DNA from: Eledone cirrhosa
Lineage: Eukaryota
Reading direction: 5' to 3'
Length of the DNA stretch: 64,000 nucleotides
Assembly: GCA_964016885.1 (NCBI GenBank)
Contig: OZ024740.1
Coordinates: 109,616,001-109,680,000, forward strand
The position numbers and the translations under genes are program-made. The notes under the pieces are model-generated. The model searched no databases, was not told where the DNA came from, and saw only the letters and a list, made by a program, of their open reading frames with translations. Shown here piece after piece: positions 1-11,575 of this stretch; the stretch's first letter is position 1, and each line of letters starts with the position of its first letter.

Positions 1-397
1 ACACAGAGAAGCATATACACTCTCATACCTAAATATGCCCTTACTTCAAATATATATACACACACATCTCTATAGCAGGGAAAAACGGATGTTAGATGTG
101 ATGATGGTATATATATATATACACACTCATCACTCATAATCGAGTATGACTTGGTAGTGTGTACTGTACTTTCTCTCAACCATCCCTTCCCTCAATCTAG
201 CAGAACATTCAGGATGTGACAGTTAAAAGAAGAGAGGACTGAACCAGCACTGCACTGGGTTGGTACTTTCTTTATCAACCCTGAAAAGATGAAGGGAAAA
301 ATGGTTTTCGGTGGAATTTGAACTTAGAAAAAAGAGACTAGAAACAAATATCCAACACTCTTTCAACTCTGCTATTACCTGCCTTATATATATATAT

Positions 398-872
398 ATC
401 ATCATCATCATCATTGTCGTTTAATGTCCATCATCCATGCTAGCATGGGTTAGACGGTTTTGTTCCATTTGATGCGGGAATGGTCAGGAGACTGTGTCTC
501 GCTTGTATGGAAGTGTCTGTGGCAGGTGTTTTACAGCTGGATGCCCTTCCTAACACCAACCTCATTTACAGTGTGGACTGGGAGCCTTTTTTACCATGTC
601 TCCCACACGACCACCTTACAGTGTGGACTGTGGTGTCATCAACACAGTGGACGGAACGGGAAAGGGAGGATGGAGTAGGGTGTATGGGGTGGAGTGTACA
701 TTGAGTTAAGAGGTGCCTACTGACTGTAGGTTTGTATGCAAGGGCAGTCGGGTTTTCTGTACAACTGCATGGCACCAAAGATCTCGATCCAGTGACATTA
801 TTTTAGAGAGGTGTAAGTGAGCAAGGTCAGTTTTTATCACCTCATCCCAGGTTTTTCTTGGTCTACCCACTC
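398..872 (-). mobile_element. RTE LINE 3' end (5'-truncated)
   Basis: Encodes GVGRPRKTWDEVIKTDL...; followed by the 3' UTR, CCATGCTAGCATGG palindrome and (GAT)n tail. Near-identical to 2758-3180 and 46590-47262. Confidence 0.85.
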
Positions 873-892
873 CGTATATATAGATATATATA

Positions 893-1425
893 TATGGACA
901 TGTAATGCGTATGAAGGATGACAGCTGCATAAAAAGGTGCAGAGCACTAAAAGTTGGTGGAAGCCATGGAGTGGGGAGACTCAAAAAGACCTGGGATGAA
1001 GTGATAAAAGCTGACCTTGCCCAATTGCACCTCTCAAAGGCAATGACACAGGACCGAGACCTCTGGTGTTACACAGTGATACAGAAGACCTGACTTCCCA
1101 CGGGTACAAGTCGAAGCTAAAACATATAGACAGTATGCCCCTCCGCCACCCACACTGCAAAGTGGTTGTGGAGGTGTCATGACAAAAAAGCACCCAGCCC
1201 ACACTGTAAAGTGGTCGTGTAGGCGCTACGGTAAAAAAGCACCCAGTACTCACTGTAAATGAGGTTGGTGTTAGGAAGGGCATCCAGCTGTAGAAATCAA
1301 GCCAAAATCAGTTCCTGTATGGGCAAGACATGGTCACCTGATCTGGCATTGCCCACAACAGGACAACCCAACTAACCCATGCTAGCGTGGAAGAATAGAT
1401 GTAAAACGGTGTTGATGATGATGAT
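893..1425 (+). mobile_element. RTE LINE 3' end (related subfamily), divergent from the copy at 398-872
   Basis: ORF 905-1093 (GHVMRM...GVGRLKKTWDEVI) followed by 3' UTR and (GAT)n tail. Confidence 0.8.
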
Positions 1426-1483
1426 ATATATATAAATGTAGGAGACAAAACATTAATTTATATAATATATACACACACACATA

Positions 1484-1582
1484 CATTTTATTAAAGCTAA
1501 ATAATGAGTCTAGTCACTCTGGAGTTTTGCCTGCTTCTCACAGTGAACTCCAGAGTAACAAGACTCACTACTTAATAAAATG
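1484..1582. repeat. Imperfect fold-back hairpin, probably a Penelope-like 3' tail
   Basis: cattttattaa..tgagtctagtcactctggagtt pairs with aactccagagtaacaagactca..ttaataaaatg; adjacent to a TA/CA microsatellite. Confidence 0.6.
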
Positions 1583-2456
1583 AATACTTAAACTCTACTA
1601 CAGTATTGAATACTCTTTTCTCTTGGTGATCAACTACACACACATATATCAACATCATCATTGTTTAATGTTCATCTTCCATGCTAGCATGGGTAGGACA
1701 GGCTGTCCCTTTGTGAGGGATCAGGCCGGGGGACTGTGATTTGCTCACACAGAACTGATTTGGCTTGGTTTCTATGGCTGGATGCCCTTCCTGACACCAA
1801 GTACATTATATATGAAGGTGCATGGCTTAGTGGTTAGAGCATTGGGCTTGCAATTGAAAGGTTGTGAGTTCAATTCTCAGACTGGGTGATGTGTTGTTTC
1901 CTTGAGCAAGACACTTTATTTCACATTGCTCCAGTTTACTCAGCTGTAGAAATGAGATGATTGGACTGGAAAGTGGTCGTGGAGGTGCCACGGCAAAAAA
2001 GCACCCAGCCCACACTTTAAAGTGGACGTGTAGGCACTACAGAAAAAAGCACCCAGCACTCACTGTAAATGAGGTTGGTGTTAGGAAGGGCATCCAGCTG
2101 TAGAAATCAAGCCAGAATCAGTTCCCGTCCCACCCTTGCAAGCAGCGAAAAGCGGACGTAAAATGATGATGATGATATATATCATCATCATCATCATCAT
2201 CATTTAAACGTCCACCTTCCACGCTTGCATGGGTTTGGATGGGAATTTTCCCACTTGAGGCAAGATTGGTTATCTTGCTCGTATAGGACTGTCTGGCGGG
2301 ATGCCCTTCCTAACACCAACCATGTTTACAGTGTGGACTGGGAGGTTTTTACCGTGTTGCCTACACGGCCACATTACAGCGTGGACTGTGTGTTTCTTTT
2401 GTCGTGACACCTAACCGGCCTCATTTATTGCGGATGTATATATTTATACATATATA

Positions 2457-2618
2457 TAAAATAAGAATGAATAACCAGTTAAAATTTACAACATTATTTT
2501 ACTCTACAAACATTTCAATGTAGGATGGCAGGCTGTGCCTCACTCACCATCCTACATTGAAACGTTTGTAGAGTAAAATAATGTTCTAAATCTTAACTAG
2601 TTATGCATTGTTATTTTA
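2457..2618. repeat. Imperfect inverted repeat (~70 bp arms), probable Penelope-like tail with inversion
   Basis: acattattttactctacaaacatttcaatgtaggatgg pairs with ccatcctacattgaaacgtttgtagagtaaaataatgt; begins at (TA)n. Confidence 0.75.
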
Positions 2619-2757
2619 TTAAAATTTTGTGCTTTGCAGTTTGTGCCATAACAGTTCATAACGTAATCCATGGAAGTTGAACATCATCCAGCCTTTTGGA
2701 TACTGATTAGCATCAAGCTTCTATAATCTTCATTAGGACATATACTGGTAAATATTA

Positions 2758-4815
2758 TCATCATCATCATCATCGTTTAATGTCCATCTTCCATGCTAGC
2801 ATGGGTTAGATGGTTTTGTTCCATTTGATGTGGGACTGGTTGGGAGACCATCTCTCGCTCGCTCGGAAGCGTCTCTGGCAGGTTTTTTTTACAGCTGGAT
2901 GCTCTTCCTAACACCAACCACATTTACATTGTGGACTGGTAGCCTTTTTACCATGTCTCCTACACGGCCACCTTACAGTGTGTACTGTTGTGTCATTGAC
3001 ACAGTGGATGGGAGAGGGAGGGTGGGTTGTGGGGTGTACATTGAGTTAAGAGGTGCCTACTTCCTGTAGGTTTATGTGCAATGGCAGTTGGGTCTTCTGT
3101 ACAACTGCATGGCACCAAAGGTATAGGTGGGCAAGGTCAGTTTTTATCACCTCATCCCAGATTTTTCTTGGTCTACCCACTCTGCAGCTTCCATCAATTT
3201 TCATTGCCTTGCACTTTTTTATATGGCTGTCATCCTTCTTATGCATCACATGTCCATACCAATGCAATCTCCTCTCCAGAACACAACATTTGATACCTTT
3301 TATGCTTAGTTTCCCTGTTAGTTTGTTTATGCTTCGCCTTTCTCGCACATTACTATTACACATCCACCGGAGCATGCAAGCTTCGTTTCTTTCTAATCTA
3401 TGCAGGTCTTCAGCACACAATGCCCAAGTCTCACTACCATGTAATATTGCTGTTCGTATACATGCATCATACAATCTGCCTTTCATTTTTAGTGAAAAAC
3501 CCCTTGTGGCCAACAGCGGTATTAGCTCTGTGAACTTTTTCCATCCCACTCTAACTCTGGCTACTACACTTTCAGAGCACCCTCCTCCACTGATGATTTT
3601 GTCACCCAGGTAACAGAAAGTGTCTACTATTTCTATAGAACCATCTGGGCAGTTGAAGGAGATATCATCCAGTGGGTCCTTGCTACTTACTGCACCTGAG
3701 CATTGGCCACATATAAAATCTACATTCTTAGATAGCTTACCTCTGATCCCACTACATCTTTTATGTAGCCATAATTTGCATTTGGGACATAGCATTGAAT
3801 TTCTACCTACTCCTTTCTTACACACTGAGCATGGCATTTCCCAGAGGGTACCTGTGCCCTATTCTCCTATCTACATACTAAAACCTTAGTCTTAGACAAG
3901 TTGACTCTAAAGCCTTTTGATTCAAAGCCATGCTTCCATGTTTGGAACTTCCTCTCTAATTCAGCTATGGATTCAGCTATGAGAGTTAGATCATCTGCAT
4001 ATAGAAGTCCCATGAGCAGCCAGTCTTAAACCCCTCTGTTATAGCCCATAGGACAATAATAAACAGGAGGAGATTAAGAACGGAGCCCTCGTGAACCCCT
4101 ACTATTATGCTAAATTCATCACTATATTCTTCGTTAATTCTAATCTTGCTGACTGTTCCTCTATACATGGCTTGTATAGCTCTCACAAGCCATTCTTCCA
4201 CTCCTAGTTTTCTAAGAGCCCACCAGATTATGGTGCGTGGGATTCTGTCTAAGGCCTTCTCCAGGTCAACAAAAACTAAGTAGAGGGGTTTACTGTTAGC
4301 GAGGTACTTCTCCTGTAATTGCCGTACAAGGAAATGTGTGGTACTTTTACCTGGCACACACACTGCATTTCATCTAGATCAATTTGGTCTCTAATCAGTT
4401 GAGTAATAACTCTTTCTCTGACTTTCATGACTTGGTCAACTAATTTAATACCCCTATAGTTTCCTCTATCCAGGGTGTCTCCTTTGCCCTTGTAACAGTT
4501 GATGATGATGATGATGATGCTACGCCAGTCATTTGGTATGACCCCCATTCTGTATTACTTGGTTTACTATCCAGGTGACCATAGTATGTCCCACCATTCA
4601 AGATACCTTCAACATTTCAGCAACTATCCCCGAAGATCCAGCTGCCTTACCTGTCTTCATATTTTTGATTGCCTTACTTACTACACAACCATTACCTTGC
4701 ACAGCCGGTCCTTCTATTACATCGATGTGGGGCAGACTATCTTTATTCCATTCATTCTCCACATTCAGTGGCATTACACAAATACTCAAGTTTCATTGGG
4801 TTTAATAGCAACTCA
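2758..4815 (-). mobile_element. Degenerate RTE-clade LINE (RT, PHD insert, C-terminus, 3' UTR)
   Basis: Fragmented ORFs show YKGKGD..NYRGI, FVDLEKA.D, GVHEGSVL, YADDL (3987-4001), RVNLSKTKVL, FCYLG and LHWYGHV...GRPRKIW, with a (GAT)n tail at 2758. Confidence 0.92.
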
Positions 4816-6887
4816 TCCAGTCTGTCATATTGTGATATGACAGTTGGTGTTAAACCCAACTGTTGTGAACTAATTATACACAACTTGTCTCACGGACTGA
4901 GTGCTCTAAACCCCTGCATATTTTATACCAAGTGTTTATTACAATATATATAAATATATAAGCCAGAATCAGTTCCTGTATGAGCAAGACATGGTCAGCC
5001 GACTGGACACTGCCCAAAACAGGACAACCTGTCTAACCCATGCTAGTGTGGAAAAACGGACATAAAACGGTGATGATGATGATGATGATATACACAATAT
5101 AAAGTGGCTGTGTAGAATTCACGACAAAAAGCATCCATTCCACACTGTAAAGTGGTCATGTAGGAGTCACAACAAAAAGCACCCAGCTCACACTTTAAAG
5201 TGGTCATGTAGGAGTCACAACAAAAAGCACCCAGCTCACACTTTAAATGTGGTTGGCGTTAGGGAGGGCATCCAGCTGTAGAAATCTAGCCAGAAACAGT
5301 TCTATATAAGCAAAACACGGTTACCTGACTCAACTTGCCTCAAATAGGACAACTCGTCTCATCCATGCTAGCATGGAAAGTGGATGTTAAACATTGATGC
5401 TGATGATGTTATATATTTGCAGATATGCAATGTCAAAATGATGATGATCATCATGGTTGTACTTTTTATTAAGTTGACCCTTCATCAGTTGTTACCAGAA
5501 GGCCACTATCATTTCAACACTTTTCAAAAGTAACACTCCTTGTAGTAGTATCCAACATCATTGATGTTAGCAAGATCTGTCCCAGTTTTACTGTTTGACC
5601 TTGTACTCTGGTATTTTTCTCTCTCCATCATCTATGAAACCACTACACAAAGCTGGGTAGAGATATAACCACTACAAACCAGGAAGCATTTATTGGGTTC
5701 TACAACTTGAGAAATTGTTCTTTGCTCTCAACGTTTTCTCTTTCACTCATAATCCTTTGCCATGTCCACATGTACAGTGGAGTTGTAGGGGTGCCATATT
5801 GACATACAGCATTACTTGGGCCTTTTAACACTGGTGAAGCCCATCTCCTCTCCAGGCCTGAACACAACAGATTTCTTCCAGAGAAATAGATATAGAGGAA
5901 GAATCGACCCCAGTACTAGACTGGTACTTTTTTTTTTCATTGATCTCAAAATGATGAAAGGCAAAGTTAATGTCAGTAGGATTTGAATTCAGAGTGCAGA
6001 CAGGAATGAATACCACAAAGCCTTTTATCTGACAGTCTAACAAGTCTGCCAATCCACCACCTATTTCCCATGTATAATAAATATATACATTTAAATATAT
6101 ATAGGGTCAGTAAAATAAGGTACCAGCTCTGGGCAGTTGATTGATGGAATTGTTAGAATATCAGACAAGAGGCTTTATGGTATTTGTTTCAGCTTTTTGT
6201 GTTCTGAGTTCAAATTGTGCTGTGGTCTATTTAGATGGTAGACAGTTGCCTAGTTTAACACTATCATATGACTCTTGGGTGCCCTTAGCAGAGTCGATTT
6301 TGTTGCAAGCATTTGGGATAAGTCTCTAGATTGAGGATATTTTCCTTCCCCCCTTCCACCAGTCTCAGAGACCTTGAAAGGAATCATTAAGCTGGGGGAA
6401 GAAACAATATTGGATTTATATTGTTTGATATTCTATAAGTATCTTGTTCTGCTCTGAAAAAAACTTAACTCTTTTGTTCTATGTTTCTAATGAAAGAGAC
6501 TGCCTATGATTTTCAGATCATTTTGAGAACAGTTCAAGAATTCAAAGGGATTTTCTAATATCATTTTCTCATTATTAAGCTAGGATTTGGAAGGATGGAA
6601 AGTTTTTAGATAAATATAAATATCTTAAAAGAAACAGTATTGTATTGTAGAATTGGGGTCTGTTTCAAGAGCTCTGATATCAAATTGCTTAATTAGTGGG
6701 TAGTTACTAAATTTCTAGAATAACATTCTAGGTAAATATTTATTCAATGTAGCAAAGGTACATTCACAGACATTCTCTGATTAGCTTTTGTATTGACAAT
6801 CAAAATACTAACCAGATATTCTATGTAAATTCTATAAACCAATTGGCACACTTGCCAAACACCCTTCTCAGTTTACATATTCTAGTC

Positions 6888-7837
6888 CAGGCTCAGCAAC
6901 TTTTGGGGTTGTGCGGACCATGTTGCTATGAAGTGTATCATCGGCGGGTCACATAGCTATGCAGTGTCTTGGTGGTGGACCACATAGTTATGCAATGTCT
7001 CGTCAGTGGGCCACATTGCTATGCAGTGTCTTGTCAGAGGGTGATGATATCAAATAAGTAATGAGAACATATGTAAAAACAAATACAGTAATATGATAAA
7101 ATACTGACATTTTTAATAAACTGTGACAAAACCATGATACCTGGCGGTGTATTTAGATCAGGGTTGCTATTTGTTCGATGAAAAAAATTACTTCTAATAA
7201 TTGTTTCTATTTTAGGCACAAGGCCAGCAATTACCCAGTACATTACTGGTACTTTATTTTATCGACCCCGTAAGGATGAAAGGCAAAGTAAACCTCGGCG
7301 GGATTTGAACTCAGATCATAAAGGGACGTAACTCTATGCTTCAAAGCATGGTGTCCGACTCTCTACTGATACTGCCAATCCAATAATACTGAACATTTTT
7401 AACATAGAAAAATAAATAAACATTGATTATTATTGAATACAGTCACTTACAGATATTTTACTACCAGACAGCAATCTCAAATGAAATAACTGTATGCCAG
7501 ACATGCTGACTTTTTTAGGTAAGTTTGGGTCATTCCACATCCCTGCCATATACATACTATGAATGCATGAATATACATGAATACGCACACACAGACCCCT
7601 TGACCTCAATGTCTGATTATTCTATCTGTCTGAGTTTGATTGTTTGTTACTGTCACGCGAAACATTACTTTCTGCTAAGTGATTCTTGTTGCTAGATGTG
7701 TTCTCTAGTCAGTATTCTAATCCAAAATAATTCAGAGCACTTTTTCAGGGATTGCTTAGCCTAAGATTGAAACCTGTTGGCGGGCCAGACAAAAATCCTT
7801 TGCGGGCCGGATGTGGCCCATGGGCTGCCGATCCCTG
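6888..7837. mobile_element. Non-autonomous hAT element with a nested SINE
   Basis: Termini caggctcagcaac / gctgccgatccctg, a perfect 8 bp TSD TTCTAGTC (6880-6887 and 7838-7845), and subterminal gggccgca-like repeats. Confidence 0.85.
7196..7382 (-). mobile_element. tRNA-derived SINE with a Meta-domain-like core (representative of dozens of copies)
   Basis: On the minus strand: B-box gagttcaaatccc followed by ctttcatccttacggggtcgataaaataaagtaccag. Similar copies lie at 245-380, 5905-6060, 13410-13750, 14140-14570, 17930-18270, 20730-20960, 47370-47500, 51160-51320 and elsewhere. Confidence 0.75.
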
Positions 7838-8179
7838 TTCTAGTCCTATTATGTCTCCTCTTTTAGTCTGCTTCTAACCCTTCACATTCTAGTTACCTTC
7901 AGCCCCTTTATTCATACTCTAGTCTCCTGTCCTTTTTGTCCCCTTCATATTCTAGTTCCCTTCTGTCTCCTTCATATTCTAGAACCCCTTGATGATGGTG
8001 AGCTGCTGGCACCTTTATCTGATCTACAGTGTCCCTGTTTAGTTAAGAATGTAGTGATATCCACAGGATTCAGTATAGACATCCAATGGAGCTTTAGTAA
8101 TACATGTGTCATCATTGGTTGTCTTGGTGATGTTTAGAATGTAGCTAAACTAATATTTTACAGTCACTACAGTTTTATA

Positions 8180-8490
8180 TGATGGTGGTGGTGGCTGTAG
8201 CAGCAGCAGTGGTGGTGGTGATAATACTAGCACTAGTGGTGGTGGTGGTAGTAGTAGCAATAGTAGTAGTGGCTGTGATGGTGGCAGTAGTAGCAGCGGT
8301 GGTGGTAGTAGTAGTGGTGGCGACAGTGGTAGTAATAGTATCTCATTATTTACCTTTTCACACCCAAAATAAATATTTCTGCCAATTTTCTGATATAGTA
8401 GTGGTGGTGGTGGGGTAATAGTAGTAGTGGTGATGGTGGTGGTGGTAGTATTAATGGTTGTGGGGTGACAGTAGTAGTAATGATGGTGAT
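8180..8490. repeat. Compound (GGT/AGT)n trinucleotide repeat
   Basis: Read directly from the sequence; it generates spurious poly-V/P/T ORFs. Confidence 0.9.
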
Positions 8491-8499
8491 AGAAGTGGC

Positions 8500-8972
8500 T
8501 AACCAACACACTCAAACCCTTGGCTCCACACTCACTCACAAACATGCTCTAACTTTTAGCCCACACTTCATTCTCTGATCTACACATTAAAACACTCCAA
8601 CCCATGATATACAGATATTCATAGACAAACTCCAACTCACCTTAGCTCTTAGCTCACTCTCACTCATCAACACATCCCAACCTCTGGCCCATACTCAACA
8701 ATGAACTCCAGCTTCTGGCCCACATTCACCAACACACCCCAGCCTCTGGCCCACATTCACCAAAACACTTCAACTCCTGGCCCACACTCACCAATGTACT
8801 CCAGTTTCTGACTAACACTCACTCATCAACACACCCCAACCTCTGGCCCACACTCAACAATAAACTACAGCTTCTGGTCCATATTCACCAACATACTGCA
8901 ACTCATGGCCCACACTCACCAATATACTCCAGTTTCTGACCCACACTCACTCACCAATATACCCCAACCATT
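8500..8972. repeat. ~30 bp minisatellite with a higher-order block duplication
   Basis: Unit is approximately ctggcccacactcaccaacacactccagctt; the block starting cactcactcatcaacac recurs at ~8656 and ~8815. Confidence 0.8.
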
Positions 8973-11409
8973 GACACACAAATTTGCTACCTTCTCTACA
9001 TTCTCTATTGCTAGAACAGTAGCCTCTGTACATCAGGAACTGGCTGGTTTTCACTACCTCCACTCAGACTGACCTGACTTACTTTATGCTCCATTTATTC
9101 TTATTCATATTGTGTACACCTCCCCAAAGGGTCCCACCTTAGCCATCTCCCCCAGCCTGTCCTCTCAAGAGCATTAACTGCAGCCATTCAACAACATTAA
9201 CAATGTTAATCTTACAAGTCTCTGAGGATCTGCAGGGTACAACACCTTCCTCCAGACAAAACATACAAAAAACAAATGGTATATGACAGAATGTAGCAAA
9301 TACATGGCTAAATCATGGATCAGAAACTTCTTTGCCCACTTGATTTAAAAAAAAAAAAAAATGTTGCCTGTGACCCACATATATTAAGTTATATCTACCA
9401 ACAAAAAGGCCATTTTCCCTGGTAAATCAGGGGGCAGTTTTGTAATCCCGTGACAGATTCATATTGATCATGGGAGCCTTTTTTGAGGTAATGGTTTACA
9501 AATGATCACCCTTCTTTGAGCCAAGCCTTTCAGTCACCCCTTACAACATGCAAGGATATGGTGTATTTATTATAAACCAAATACAGAAAATATAAATCAT
9601 CATATCTGACATATACAAATTTGAAAAGATCCAAGGTTCACAGAACACCCCAACAGCTCACATGTGGGCTGAAACCAACCTGTTGCTAACACTTGAGTTA
9701 AATTTAACATTGCTGGGGTGATAAAAGTCCTTTATGTTTAAATGTTTATTTGTGTGACATTGGTAGGTAGTGCTCTTAATGAGATGTAAAGAACACAAAC
9801 TATTCATCTACAGATCAAATCATTTATCAAGACAATATAATGAATGGTAAATATCCGAATTAGAATATTTTCCACATGAAGTCTTCAAAAATTTAATGGA
9901 AACATTATTTATAGTCTTTTTATATTTATAATCAAGAGAAAGAGGATGTGCTAAAAATCTTGGCTGGCCAGAGGAGAGGGCAGTATCCATGACCTTTATA
10001 AAACCTCTAAGAGTGGTGAAAGGAAAGTGCACTGGCAACGACACTAGTGTTGCTTCTGAGACTGATCAGAGAAAGAGGCAGTGACTATGACTTTTGCAGG
10101 ACCTCTCAGGAAAAAGAAGAGTACTTAATGTTTTATGTAGAATACATATATATATATATATATATATACTACTGAACAGATCTGCTGTTACCCATGCTGC
10201 TGTTATTGTCTAAAGGAAAGGCAGAAACAAGGAGTTGCTGGAAAATGCTGAAGTTCAGCATAATACCACCTTAGGGACTCTGGCTCTGGGTTTATCCTCA
10301 GAGTTTACTCCCAAAGCCTTTTCTATAAATGGGTATGGCTGCAAGGCAGTGGAGGTTTGAAAAAAAACAACAATACACATATTTTCCCCAGTCAATGGGA
10401 TGACACACAGACATGATAGGCTTTTGCCAACCAAATTTCACTCACAAAGTATTGGTAACCCCAGTTTATAGAAGATACTTGCCCAAGATACTAGGTATCT
10501 TGTATCTGTGTAAAGGAGTTCACTTTGTAGCCTCATAGTTCCAGGTTCAATCCCACTGAGTGGCAACTTTTACAAACTATAGCCCTATAGCCTCAAGTTA
10601 GTCACTAGTTTATAAGAGAAATTTGGTAAATAGAAACTGTGCAGAAGCCCATCTTGTATATGTGTGCGTCTGTGTCTCCACATTTTTATCTGTCTCATGA
10701 CTTAGCAGTTTGACAAAAGAGGTTGATAAAATATGTATGAGACTTGAAAAAAATGTAATGTAATCTATATGATCAACTAAAAAACTGTCAAAGCGGTGCT
10801 CCAGCATGGTTTCAGTCATTAGACTGAAACCAGTAACAGAATATAAGAATATATATATATACACAACCCCACCCCCTAAACACACAGACAGACACACACA
10901 TATATATATACAACAAAGCAAGAGGAACATTTGGAAATCTAGAAGTTCATGCATAAATTATCAATGGGTGGATATGATTTTAATAATTGGTCTCGGTGTG
11001 ATTAGAGCAGTAACTGTGTACATGTTGGTATTTTCACAGCAATCAGACAGACAGCTTCCTGTGAGGATGATGGTATTTGAAATTCAATCATCTGTCAGGT
11101 TCCTCGTGCTCCTTATAGTGATTCCAATTATAACCAATCACAGACTTCTTCTGTTTTATTGCAGTTCATTGGTTTTTTTTGTTGTCTCCACCCACCTGCA
11201 GACTTTTTAAAAATAATTCTTTGAACTGAAGAATAAGATTTTTTAAAATCCAGAGATACACACACTATATATATATATATATATAAGAGAGGAGAATGTA
11301 TGATAAAAATAGTGTAAGTGAGGGAGTGAACGCATGAGAGAGAGGGGAAGAACAGCAGACAGTGTATGTATGTTTGTATTAGTTTTGACTTAAAACTAAT
11401 GCCATAGGT

Positions 11410-11575
11410 TTCATACACTAACATCTCACATCCATTGGAGCATACTCGCTTCATTTCTTTCCAGCTGCTGCAGTTCACACATAGGCACCATACAGTGTAC
11501 TCTTCATTCTGGGAGACAAGTGCTTTGTTGTCAGCAGTTATCAGCTCTCTAAACTTGCAAAAGCCTATGAGCCAG
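11410..11575 (-). mobile_element. Old RTE fragment
   Basis: Degenerate KFRELI.LLTTK...LERNEASML.WM. Confidence 0.6.

Noticed and set aside
6344-6388. SECIS-like ATGAT...GGAA hairpin on the minus strand
   Set aside because: Helix II is only 7 bp and the AA is too close to the core.
8150-8545. His/Thr/Pro/Val-rich ORFs here and at 31649-32102
   Set aside because: Microsatellite translations.
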